Positions 56,160 through 64,000 are shown, counted from the stretch's first letter. The stretch: 64,000 bases of DNA from Burkholderiales bacterium (GCA_036406675.1 DASXAO010000089.1:1419-65418); one strand, 5' to 3'. Translations and numbers: made by a program. The notes: a model not told the origin generated them from the sequence alone.

Positions 56160-57436
56160 GGGGCGAGAGCATGCCCCTTGGGGAAAGGCAGGACCGGATC
56201 GGCGCCGATTTCCTTCGGCCAGACGATCTTGCCTTTGCCGTCGACGAACTGGATCACGACCGGGAAGGCGCGCTCGTTCTGTCCCGCGAGCGGATGCCCG
56301 GGGGGATAGAACTTCACCCCGTAACCCTGCATCGTGCCGCCCACCGGAATATCGGTGTCGAGCGCGGCCTTGCGCAGCGCCTCGGAGTCGATGCCGCCGT
56401 ATTTCTTGATCGCGCGCGGCAGCACGTCGTTCAGCAGGATCCAGGTGTTGTTGAAGCCCATCGAGACGTGCGGCGGCAGCTCGCCCGGGCCCTTCACCGC
56501 GTGGTAGCGCTTCACCATCTCCTGCGTCATGTCCCAGACGCCGGGCTTGAGCGTCTTCGGATCGAGGAGCTGCGATGCCGCCGGGTCGATGGTGTGGAAG
56601 TAGTTGACGTCGTCGCCGAAGGTCTGGCGCAGCTTGTCGATCTGGCTGTGGCCGGCGCCGTGGCCGATCACCGCCTTGAACCTGAGGCCCTGCTCCTTCG
56701 CCTGGCGCAGGAAGAGCGTGATGTCCGGGTTGTAGCCGGTGTGCAGCAGCACGTCGGGCCGCGCGCGCTTGAGCTTGGTGACCAGGCTCGAGAGGTCGGG
56801 CGCGGTCGCCGAGTAGCCTTCCTTGAGGACGATGTTCAGCCCGTGCTTCTTGCACTGCGCCTCGTTGCCGTTCGCCACGCCGACGCCGTACGGGCCGTCC
56901 TCGTGGATGATTGCGACGCGCAGATTCTTCGGCTCGGTCTTGAACTTCGACTTGGCGTAATAGTTGATGTAGTCGCAAGACCAGGCGCCGAACTGATCCG
57001 AGTGCGCCTGGGGGCGGAAGACGTACTGCAGCTTCTTGTCCTTGAACACCGCCGTGGCGACGCAGACATTGAGCCAGGTGAACTTCTTGCGCGAGTCGGC
57101 CTGCTGGACCATCGGCACGCACTGCGCGCTCGAGTAGACCCCGCTGACGATGTCGACCTTCTCCTGGTCGATGAGCCGCGTCATCTCGTTGATCGCAACG
57201 TCGACCTTCGATTGCGCGTCGACGAAGATCGGCACGATCTTGTAGCCCTCCACCCCGCCCTTTTCGTTGAAGTAGTCGATGATCGCCCTGGTGCCGATCT
57301 GCGCCGCCTCCGAGCCGCCGCCGGCGAACGGGCCGGTGACGTCGTAGATGAAGCCGATCTTGATTTCCTTCTGCTGCGCGAACGCCGAAGCCGAAACGGC
57401 GAGCGCAGTCGCCGCGAGAACGCGTGCCACGGACAT
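56156..57436 (-). CDS. LivJ/Leu-Ile-Val-type ABC substrate-binding protein
   Basis: Start at ATG 57436 with signal peptide MSVARVLAATALAVSASAFAQ. IKIGFIYDVTGPFAGGG block of the type I PBP family. Confidence 0.85.
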   Translation of the reverse strand: MSVARVLAATALAVSASAFAQQKEIKIGFIYDVTGPFAGGGSEAAQIGTRAIIDYFNEKGGVEGYKIVPIFVDAQSKVDVAINEMTRLIDQEKVDIVSGVYSSAQCVPMVQQADSRKKFTWLNVCVATAVFKDKKLQYVFRPQAHSDQFGAWSCDYINYYAKSKFKTEPKNLRVAIIHEDGPYGVGVANGNEAQCKKHGLNIVLKEGYSATAPDLSSLVTKLKRARPDVLLHTGYNPDITLFLRQAKEQGLRFKAVIGHGAGHSQIDKLRQTFGDDVNYFHTIDPAASQLLDPKTLKPGVWDMTQEMVKRYHAVKGPGELPPHVSMGFNNTWILLNDVLPRAIKKYGGIDSEALRKAALDTDIPVGGTMQGYGVKFYPPGHPLAGQNERAFPVVIQFVDGKGKIVWPKEIGADPVLPFPKGHALAP

Positions 57437-57561
57437 GGGAAAACCCTCCTCGCCGCCGAGTCTACCGAATGTGTAGCAAGTTGTGACAGTGCCGGCGCAT
57501 CTGCAAAACGCGCTCACAAAATTGGGCTCCCGCGCGGCGCGGGGCCTGCCCTAATGGCGGC

Positions 57562-57741
57562 ATGAAAACACTACTTGCTGTCTTGGCCGCAACCGCCGCG
57601 CTGAGCGGCTGCGTCGTCGCCCCGATCGACCCGGGACCCGGTCCGGTGGTCTACGCCGCGCCCCCGCCGGTGATCGTCGCGGCGCGGCCCTACTACGCCT
57701 ACCCGCGCTACGGCTATTGGCACCGCGGCTACTGGCGCTGA
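57562..57741 (+). CDS. Small Pro/Tyr-rich lipoprotein (59 aa), below the ORF-track cutoff
   Basis: Hand translation gives MKTLLAVLAATAALSGCVVAPIDPGPGPVVYAAPPPVIVAARPYYAYPRYGYWHRGYWR*. Clear lipobox LSGC and high G/C third positions. Confidence 0.55.
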   Translation: MKTLLAVLAATAALSGCVVAPIDPGPGPVVYAAPPPVIVAARPYYAYPRYGYWHRGYWR

Positions 57742-57742
57742 G

Positions 57743-58729
57743 CTATAGGGCCGGGCCTCTCACATACTTGCGCAGGTTCTGCGTGTTGGTCTCGGCGCCG
57801 AACACGTTGCCGTGCGCGTCAGCGGCGACGCCTTCGGTCGCGCTGGTCTTGTCGCCCAGCTGAATCGCCGGAATGAACGTCGTCACCTTTTTGTCCCTCA
57901 GGCTGCCGATGTAGATCCCGCGCCTGAAGCCCGGGTTGACCTTTTCGTCGGACTGATGATCGGTCACGTACAGCACGTCGTTGCGATCGACGAAGATGCC
58001 GCTGGGCCGGCCGAACTGGCGCAATTCCTCGAGGAACCTGCCGTCCTGGTCGAAGACCTGCACGCGGCTGTTGCCGCGATCGCCGACCAGCAAGCGTCCT
58101 CTTGAATCGATCGCGAGCGCGTGCGGCGTGTCGAACTCGCCGCGGGCGGACCCCTTCCTGCCCCAGGCCTTGATGAACCTGCCGCTCTTGTCGAGCTTGA
58201 CGATGCGCGCGTTGGAGTCGCCGCCGTGCCCGTCGGCGACGAAGATGTCGCCGTTCGGCGCGACGACGACATCGGAGGGCCGGTTGAAGGTATCGGGTCC
58301 GTCGCCCGCGACGCCGGCCTTGCCGAGCGTCAGCAGCAGCTTTCCTTCGGCGCTGAACTTGAATACCTGGTGGCCCTTGCCGTTCTTGCCGTCGGCGTCG
58401 GTGACCCAGACGTTGTTGTCGTTGTCGATGTAAAGCCCGTGCGGCATCACGAACATGCCGGCGCCGAAGGTCAGCAACTGCTTGCCGGCAGGATCCAGCT
58501 TCACGATCGGCGGGACGGTCGAGCCGACGCAATGGGTGCTGCCGCAGCGCTCGAACACCCAGATGTTGCCGTTGCGATCGAGGTCGACGCCGCTGGTGTT
58601 GCCCCACTTCCTGCCGTCGGGAAGCTTGCCCCAGCCTTCCTCGAGGCGATACGGCGTCTGCTGGGCCAGCACCGGAATCGCTGCGCTCGCCAGAAGCGCG
58701 GCGGCGAGCAGCCGGTGCGCAATGCACAT
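57743..58729 (-). CDS. Secreted NHL-repeat six-bladed beta-propeller protein (peptidylglycine-amidating-lyase-like)
   Basis: Start at ATG 58729 with signal peptide. Repeated blocks (NGNIWVFER, NNVWVTDA, NGDIFVADGHG, RGRLLVGDRGNSRVQVF, NDVLYVTD). Confidence 0.75.
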   Translation of the reverse strand: MCIAHRLLAAALLASAAIPVLAQQTPYRLEEGWGKLPDGRKWGNTSGVDLDRNGNIWVFERCGSTHCVGSTVPPIVKLDPAGKQLLTFGAGMFVMPHGLYIDNDNNVWVTDADGKNGKGHQVFKFSAEGKLLLTLGKAGVAGDGPDTFNRPSDVVVAPNGDIFVADGHGGDSNARIVKLDKSGRFIKAWGRKGSARGEFDTPHALAIDSRGRLLVGDRGNSRVQVFDQDGRFLEELRQFGRPSGIFVDRNDVLYVTDHQSDEKVNPGFRRGIYIGSLRDKKVTTFIPAIQLGDKTSATEGVAADAHGNVFGAETNTQNLRKYVRGPAL

Positions 58730-58790
58730 GGTGGCTCCCCCTGTTGGAAGCGATATATTATCCGCGCGGAGGTTCATCGGAGGGCCCCTC

Positions 58791-59660
58791 ATGGATCCGA
58801 CCAGACGCACCGTTTTGGCGACGGGAGTCGCCGCGGCCGCGGCGGCCGCTGTGCCGCAGGCGTTGGCGCAAACCAGCCCCGGAAAAGGAGCAGCCATGTC
58901 GTTCTTCGAGAAAGGCAACGTCCGCATCCGTTACGAAGAGGCCGGCTCAGGCTTTCCGCTGCTCTTGATTCCCGGCGGCGGGTTGAACTCGACCATCGCC
59001 TGGATGGCCAAGGGCGCGCCGTTCAACGCCATCGAGGAATTCAAGAACGAGTTCCGCGTCGTCACCGCCGACATGCGCAACGCCTACGACGGCCAGTCCA
59101 CCGGCCCGCTCGAGGCCGACCGGCCCTGGGACGCGTACACCGACGACCAGCTCGCGCTGATGGATCACCTCGGGCACAAGAAGTTCATGGTGATGGGCTT
59201 CTGCATCGGCGGGCCCTTCGTCTGGAACCTGCTCAAGCGCGCGCCCGATCGCGTCGTCGCCGGCGTGGCGGCGCAGCCGAGCGGATTCCGCCCGGAGCTG
59301 CCGACCCTCTCGTACGACGGCAACATGAAAGGCTGGGGCCGCGAAATCGTGAAGCGCCGCCCCGACATCAGCATGGAAGCGGTCGATCGCTTCCTCACCA
59401 AGATGTACCGCGGCTCTGCGGCGGATTTCGTCTACACCGTGTCGCGCGATTTCGTGCGCTCGTGCAAGACGCCGGTGCTGGTCATGCCCGACGACTCGCC
59501 GCCGCACCCCTACGCCGTCGCGATGGAATCCGTGATGCTCGCGCCAAAGTCGGAAGTGAGCCTGTTCCCGTGGAAGGAGCCGAAGGACCGGATCCCGGTC
59601 GCGGTGCGCCAGGCGCGCTCGTTCCTGCGCGCGCACCGGCCCGACACCGCGGTGAGCTGA
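58791..59660 (+). CDS. Alpha/beta hydrolase with a Tat-like signal peptide
   Basis: GGAGG before ATG 58791. MDPTRRTVLATGVAAAAAAAVPQALA resembles a twin-arginine leader. The core has LLLIPGGG and an elbow GFCIGG. An alternative ATG at 58896 has its own AAGGAG. Confidence 0.75.
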   Translation: MDPTRRTVLATGVAAAAAAAVPQALAQTSPGKGAAMSFFEKGNVRIRYEEAGSGFPLLLIPGGGLNSTIAWMAKGAPFNAIEEFKNEFRVVTADMRNAYDGQSTGPLEADRPWDAYTDDQLALMDHLGHKKFMVMGFCIGGPFVWNLLKRAPDRVVAGVAAQPSGFRPELPTLSYDGNMKGWGREIVKRRPDISMEAVDRFLTKMYRGSAADFVYTVSRDFVRSCKTPVLVMPDDSPPHPYAVAMESVMLAPKSEVSLFPWKEPKDRIPVAVRQARSFLRAHRPDTAVS

Positions 59661-59693
59661 CCGCCTTCCGCGTTTCCTACCTACAGCAGAGCT

Positions 59694-60299
59694 CTATTGC
59701 GGAACGACTCCGTCGCGGCCGACGTTGATGCGGTTCGTCTCGAACGTGCCGTCGCTCTTCTTGGTCGCGGCGATGACGGTGAACCGGGCGCCGGGCTTCA
59801 GGTCCGCCGTGCCGCCGATCTCGTAGCGCACGATCGGCGTGCCGGGCGGCACCACGATCTTTTTCTCGCCGCCCTTGTACTTGACCGTCATGGTGCCGCC
59901 GTCGACGCCCGTGACGGTCGCGCCCGAGGCGGCGCCGTTGGTCATGGTGCCGCCCGGGACCGGGTCGTACGGCCGGTGGCCTTCGCCGGTGCCGCGCATC
60001 TTCTCGGGGAAGATGTGCACCTCGACCGCCTTCTGGGTGCCGTCGGCCTGCGGCATCGCGGCGCTGCCGAGAAAGGTGCCTTCCTTGATGTCGGCCATCG
60101 ACGCCTTCACCACGGCGACGATGTTGGCCTTGTCGGCGAGCGCGATCTTCTCCTGCGCGCCCTGGGCCGTCTTCACGGTCAGGACGCTGCCGTCGACTTT
60201 CTCGATGGTGCCTTTGACGCGCTGGGTCTGCGCAGCGGCGCTCGCGCACAGGGCCGCGATGAGCGCGCCTGCGAGCGCGCCCCGGATGGTTTTGGTCAT
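59694..60299 (-). CDS. Periplasmic hypothetical protein (DUF5666-like beta-rich protein)
   Basis: Signal peptide MTKTIRGALAGALIAALCASAAAQ. Repeated V.G.I..VDG..LTVKT-type strands. Confidence 0.6.
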   Translation of the reverse strand: MTKTIRGALAGALIAALCASAAAQTQRVKGTIEKVDGSVLTVKTAQGAQEKIALADKANIVAVVKASMADIKEGTFLGSAAMPQADGTQKAVEVHIFPEKMRGTGEGHRPYDPVPGGTMTNGAASGATVTGVDGGTMTVKYKGGEKKIVVPPGTPIVRYEIGGTADLKPGARFTVIAATKKSDGTFETNRINVGRDGVVPQ

Positions 60300-60352
60300 G
60301 GCGCCTCCTCTGGGATGGACGCCTGAAGTGTAACTCTAAGGAGAACGCTCTC

Positions 60353-61348
60353 ATGAAGACCATCGACATCCATGCGCACCTCGTTCCCCGATCGCTATGG
60401 CAGGCCGCGGACGCCGGCCGCGAGTGGCACGGCTTCCGTCATGAGCCCGGCGACGGTCTCGGCACGATGCTGGGCGGTGGACGCCGCACGGCCTTCAGCT
60501 CGCCGAAGGTGCGCTTCACGCCGGAAGAGCGGCTGAAGGACATGGACTCGCAGGGCGTGGACGTGCAGGTGGTCTCCATCCACACGCCGTTCTTCGGCTA
60601 TCACCTCGACGCGGCGCAGGGGCTCGCGCTGGCGCGCGAGGTGAACGACGAGATCGCGTCGATGACGCGCCAGTGGCCGCAGCGCTTCGCCGGCCTCGCC
60701 ACCCTGCCGGTGCAGGACGTCAAGGCGGCGATCGGCGAGCTCGAGCGCGCGGTGAGCGTTCTCGGCCTGAAGGGCGCCGAGCTCGATACGGCGGTGAACG
60801 GCGAGAACTGGGACGAGCCCAAGTTCCTGCCGCTGTTCAAGGCGGCCGAGGCCCTGGGCGCCGTGCTCTTCTTCCATCCGCAGCCGCAGCACAACTTCCT
60901 GCTGGAGCGCACGGCCAAGTACGGGCTGTTCAACAGCCTGGGCGTCGTGCTCGACGACGCGATCGTGGTCGCGATCCTGATCTTCGGGGTCCTCGAAAAG
61001 TGCCCCGGCCTCAAGGCGTGCGTCGCCCACGGCGGCGGGCCCGCCTGCCTGGCGATGGGGCGTCTCGACCGCGGCTGGCAGGGCACGCCGGCGGAGCGCC
61101 GGAGCATCCCGCAGCCGCCCAGCTCGTACCAGCGCCGGCTCTATTACGACACCGTCGTCGGCAGCGAGAAGGCGCTGCGCTTCCTGATCGACGAGGTCGG
61201 CGTCGACCGCGTGGTGCTCGGCAGCGACTGGCCGTTCGTGCCGTGGCACCCCTCGCCCGTCTCCTGGGTGCAGGGCCTCGAGAGCCTGACGCAGGCCGAG
61301 AAGGACCAGATCCTCTGGCGTAACCTCGAGTCGCTGCTGAAGCTCTAG
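60353..61348 (+). CDS. Amidohydrolase_2 family enzyme (ACMSD-like decarboxylase/hydratase)
   Basis: IDIHAHLVP N-terminal HxH, FFHPQP, CVAHGGG, LGSDWPF. Confidence 0.85.
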   Translation: MKTIDIHAHLVPRSLWQAADAGREWHGFRHEPGDGLGTMLGGGRRTAFSSPKVRFTPEERLKDMDSQGVDVQVVSIHTPFFGYHLDAAQGLALAREVNDEIASMTRQWPQRFAGLATLPVQDVKAAIGELERAVSVLGLKGAELDTAVNGENWDEPKFLPLFKAAEALGAVLFFHPQPQHNFLLERTAKYGLFNSLGVVLDDAIVVAILIFGVLEKCPGLKACVAHGGGPACLAMGRLDRGWQGTPAERRSIPQPPSSYQRRLYYDTVVGSEKALRFLIDEVGVDRVVLGSDWPFVPWHPSPVSWVQGLESLTQAEKDQILWRNLESLLKL

Positions 61349-61406
61349 CTATGCCACTCCGCACGCGCCGGATCAACCGAAAGAAAATCGTGCTGCGGCA
61401 ACGAGA

Positions 61407-61463
61407 CTAGTACCCCTTCGAGTTCATCGCGACCCACGTTATCGGCCGCGCGTCGCGCTTCGT
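61407..61463 (-). pseudogene. Remnant of the 3' end of an ABM-domain gene (paralogous to 63177..63233)
   Basis: Hand translation TKRDARPITWVAMNSKGY* compares with AKRDARPMTSVAMNSKGR* of the intact gene. About 49 of 57 nt are identical, including a 22-nt perfect run ccccttcgagttcatcgcgacc. Confidence 0.6.
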
Positions 61464-61706
61464 CAAAAAACGTCAAGCGTAGCTGTTCTCGGCTCACGAC
61501 GACACAGGTTCTCCGCGGCAGACGAAAAGCAGCACTCGCGTTCATCGGCACGTATCGAGCGGCACGGCCAATGAATATCGACGAAGTTGCCATCTGGACC
61601 TTGGCTGCTGGCGCATGCGGTCAACGACGTGGCGCGCAGTGGTCAGCACATGGCAGTGGGGAAAAGGAGACTGCACTCATCGATCCGCAATCCACATGAG
61701 GACCCA

Positions 61707-62468
61707 ATGAGTAACTCCAAACTAGTCGCTAGTTCGCTGCTTATGCTTGTGCTGGCCACCGGATGCGGTGGTAGCGGAGGAGATTCAGCTCCCCCATCTA
61801 CTCCTCCTGCACCGGCAGCCGAAGGGTTGTATAACGGTACGACGGGTGATGGACGCTCGACCACAGGCATCGTCCTTGACGACGGTACCTATTACTTTCT
61901 GTACTCGTTCGTCGGCAACCCCAATTTGATTGCGGGTGTCGTTCAAGGAGACGGCACCTCAACTGGAGCGACGTTCACGTCAAACAACGCGGTTGATTTC
62001 AACCTGCAAGGGCTTGGGGTGATGCCCGCGACCGTTAGCGCAACCTATCACCCCAAGCAGTCGATCAGCGGGACGGTTTCGTACCCTACCAAGGGCGCTT
62101 TCAACACCTTCGGTGGCACCTACAATCCCCTTTATGAAGCGACGCCCTCGTTGACGGCTCTAGCCGGTACGTTCACCGGTCAGGCAGCCACCTCCGCCGG
62201 CGTGGAGACCGCTACCGTTACGATCCAATCAAGTGGGTCGCTTTCGGGTACGGGCTCAAGTGGGTGCAACTTTACGGGCACAGCCACGCCACGAGCGCAT
62301 GGCAACGTTTTCAACGTCTCGATTTCGTTTGGTGCCGCCCCCTGCCTGTTCGCCAACCAGACACTTTCGGGAATCGCATTCTTCGATGCCAACGCCAAGC
62401 GTCTGTACACGGCCACTCCAAACGAGACGCGTACCGATGGAGCGCTGTTCGTGGGCACGAAGCCGTAG
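61707..62468 (+). CDS. Lipoprotein of unknown function (253 aa) in a low-GC patch
   Basis: GAGGA 5 nt before the ATG. Lipobox LMLVLATGC. Gly/Thr/Ser-rich beta-type sequence. Two 60-nt lines I counted are 55% GC against about 70% or more in neighbours, with many A/T-ending codons. Confidence 0.7.
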   Translation: MSNSKLVASSLLMLVLATGCGGSGGDSAPPSTPPAPAAEGLYNGTTGDGRSTTGIVLDDGTYYFLYSFVGNPNLIAGVVQGDGTSTGATFTSNNAVDFNLQGLGVMPATVSATYHPKQSISGTVSYPTKGAFNTFGGTYNPLYEATPSLTALAGTFTGQAATSAGVETATVTIQSSGSLSGTGSSGCNFTGTATPRAHGNVFNVSISFGAAPCLFANQTLSGIAFFDANAKRLYTATPNETRTDGALFVGTKP

Positions 62469-62502
62469 ACAAGCCGAATTCATCGCTATCGGGCTATGGG
62501 AG

Positions 62503-62533
62503 AAGGCCGGCGTCCGCCGGCCTTTTCTTTCTT
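62503..62533 (+). terminator. Rho-independent terminator after the lipoprotein gene
   Basis: aaggccggcg tc cgccggcctt inverted repeat followed by ttctttctt. Confidence 0.65.
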
Positions 62534-62538
62534 CCCGC

Positions 62539-63165
62539 CTAGCGGCGGGCGGCTTCCCGCGTGAACGCGTAGGTCTTGCCGGTTTCGGCGCTGCGGCGGT
62601 TGTCGATCGACATGAATACGGTGCGCTCGAGCCACAGCACCAGCAGGTGCGCGGTGCGGCCGCGCGGCGTGCGCCGGTCGTCCAGGTGGGCGCGCACGAA
62701 AGCGACGCACGCGGCGTCGTCGAACAGCCATTCGTTCGCCTCCGAAGCTTCGGCACCGCGCTGGAAACTTCCGCGGAAGCGCGCTGCGAGCTTCTGCAAA
62801 TCGAGGGGCGACGGCGCCAGCCCCAGGATGCCGAAGATGTCCGCCGCGTAGACCCGCGACGGCCTTTCCTTCTCGCCGTCGATCACGCGCACGCGATGGC
62901 CCTCGAAGGCGCGGTAGCGGCCGTGCCAGCCGCTATAGGCGAAGCGCCGCCACCAGTGCGGCAGGTCGTCCAGCGCCAGGTTCAGGAAGCGCCACGACAG
63001 CAGGAACCCGGCGAGCGGCACGAGGAACAGCCCGGCGATGCGCAGCTCCGGCGTCGCCAGGAACCAGACCGCCACCCCGAGGTAGGCGGCGGTGAAGAGC
63101 GCGCGCCAGCGCCGGCCGCGGCGCTCGGCGCGGTCGACGCCGCCGACGCGCGGTGAACGCGGCAA
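62539..63165 (-). CDS. Hypothetical membrane protein (208 aa)
   Basis: The only plausible start is TTG 63165, 11 nt after the ABM gene stop. Two N-terminal TM segments (ALFTAAYLGVAVWFLA, IAGLFLVPLAGFLLSW) then a soluble domain. Confidence 0.5.
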   Translation of the reverse strand: MPRSPRVGGVDRAERRGRRWRALFTAAYLGVAVWFLATPELRIAGLFLVPLAGFLLSWRFLNLALDDLPHWWRRFAYSGWHGRYRAFEGHRVRVIDGEKERPSRVYAADIFGILGLAPSPLDLQKLAARFRGSFQRGAEASEANEWLFDDAACVAFVRAHLDDRRTPRGRTAHLLVLWLERTVFMSIDNRRSAETGKTYAFTREAARR

Positions 63166-63176
63166 AGGCCGGCTAA

Positions 63177-63584
63177 CTAGCGCCCCTTCGAGTTCATCGC
63201 GACCGAGGTCATCGGGCGCGCATCGCGCTTCGCCACCATGTCCTTGGTCGTTGCCGCATATTTCTTGAAATGCGCGGTCTGCCGGTGCGACTCGAGCGCC
63301 GCGGCGTTGTCGTACACCTCGTAGAGGAATACCTGGTTCGGATCTTTCGCCGACACGTGAATGTTGAACGTGCGGCAGCCTGGCTCCTTCACCGACGCGG
63401 CGCCGTTCTCCCTGATCGCCTCCATGTACTTGGGCATGTCGGCCGGGTTGATCTCGAGGAAAACGGCGTTGATGAAGAGCCCGCCCGCCTGCGCGCCGGC
63501 CTCGCGGGCGGAAAGCTGCCACAGCGCGGCGCCCGCGAGCACGAGCGCAAGTACGAAGATGAATACGCGCATCGGTTTTTTCAT
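63177..63584 (-). CDS. ABM (antibiotic-biosynthesis-monooxygenase-like, ferredoxin-fold) domain protein with an N-terminal signal/anchor
   Basis: MKKPMRVFIFVLALVLAGAALW hydrophobic leader. ABM core (FLEINPADMPKYMEAIRENGAASVKEPGCRTFNIH, FLYEVYDNAAALESHRQTAHFKKY). Confidence 0.75.
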   Translation of the reverse strand: MKKPMRVFIFVLALVLAGAALWQLSAREAGAQAGGLFINAVFLEINPADMPKYMEAIRENGAASVKEPGCRTFNIHVSAKDPNQVFLYEVYDNAAALESHRQTAHFKKYAATTKDMVAKRDARPMTSVAMNSKGR

Positions 63585-63645
63585 GATCTTCTCCCAGTCG
63601 GGGTAGGCCGGCGCGTACAGCTTACCCGAGGCAAGCGCCAGAAAG

Positions 63646-63671
63646 AAAAACCCCGCCGGGGCGGGGTTTTT
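63646..63671. terminator. Bidirectional rho-independent terminator
   Basis: aaaaa ccccgc cggg gcgggg ttttt read directly from the sequence. Confidence 0.65.
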
Positions 63672-63696
63672 CGGGTTGTAACGCTGCGAAGGCAGG

Positions 63697-64000
63697 CTAC
63701 TCGGCGGCGCCTTTCGCCTTCAGGAGCTGCCACACCTTCTCGGGCGTGACCGGGATGTCGACGTGCGTGACGCCCAGATGCGAGAGCGCGTCCACGACCG
63801 CGTTGGCGATCGCGGGCGGTGCGCCCACAGTGGCTGACTCGCCTACGCCCTTCGCGCCGAACGGATGGTGCGGCGACGGCGTGATGGTCTTGTCGGTCTC
63901 CCACTTCGGGCACTCGAGCGCGGTCGGCACGTAGTAGTCGAGGAAGCTGCCGCCCGAGATGTTGCCGTCCTCGTCGTAGCTGATCTCCTCGTAGAGCGCC
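63697..64000 (-). CDS. Molybdopterin-binding large subunit of a xanthine dehydrogenase / CO dehydrogenase (CoxL-like) family enzyme, C-terminal end; continues beyond the window
   Basis: The frame is open to nt 64000 (ALYEEISYDEDGNISGGSFLDYYVPTALE...). PFGAKGVGESATVGAPPAIANAVVDAL and VTPEKVWQLL are the conserved C-terminal blocks. Confidence 0.8.
   Translation of the reverse strand, partial: ALYEEISYDEDGNISGGSFLDYYVPTALECPKWETDKTITPSPHHPFGAKGVGESATVGAPPAIANAVVDALSHLGVTHVDIPVTPEKVWQLLKAKGAAE

Noticed and set aside
61345-61593. 82-aa minus-strand ORF downstream of the amidohydrolase gene.
   Set aside because: There is no coding-like composition or start context. The meaningful signal in this stretch is the out-of-frame ABM 3' remnant (61407..61463).

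Overview
Very GC-rich (about 70% by eye, codon third positions almost all G/C), gene-dense chromosomal segment with about 70 supportable CDS. It is probably from a Burkholderiales-type betaproteobacterium, judged from three orphan Bug/TctC-family binding proteins, TRAP and Liv-type importers and several amidohydrolase_2 enzymes. I saw no rRNA, tRNA, CRISPR array, transposase, integrase, phage gene or recognisable defence gene. Content is mostly transport and small-molecule catabolism plus several signalling modules. Candidates for something new: (1) A potassium-uptake locus with two kup paralogs. One sits divergent to a minimal KdpD/KdpE pair, with a KdpE-box-like direct repeat in the shared promoter region and no kdpFABC. 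The other is embedded in a tightly packed six-gene string: PAS kinase, receiver, receiver-GGDEF-EAL, Kup, LMW-PTP/ArsC-like, DUF6328. (2) A two-gene module of a Tat-type vWA/MIDAS lipoprotein and a 482-aa coiled-coil polytopic membrane protein that I cannot assign to a family. (3) Two tandem lipoproteins made almost entirely of serine. (4) An orphan UreE-like His-tailed metallochaperone coupled to non-urease genes. (5) A low-GC lipoprotein islet bounded by a 57-nt duplicated 3' end of an ABM gene. (6) An Nramp homolog with a non-canonical metal site. All calls come from reading the sequence and ORF translations. No searches were run, so family names are recognition by eye and start codons are best guesses. 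Many long ORFs in the track are high-GC antisense or off-frame artefacts and were discarded.
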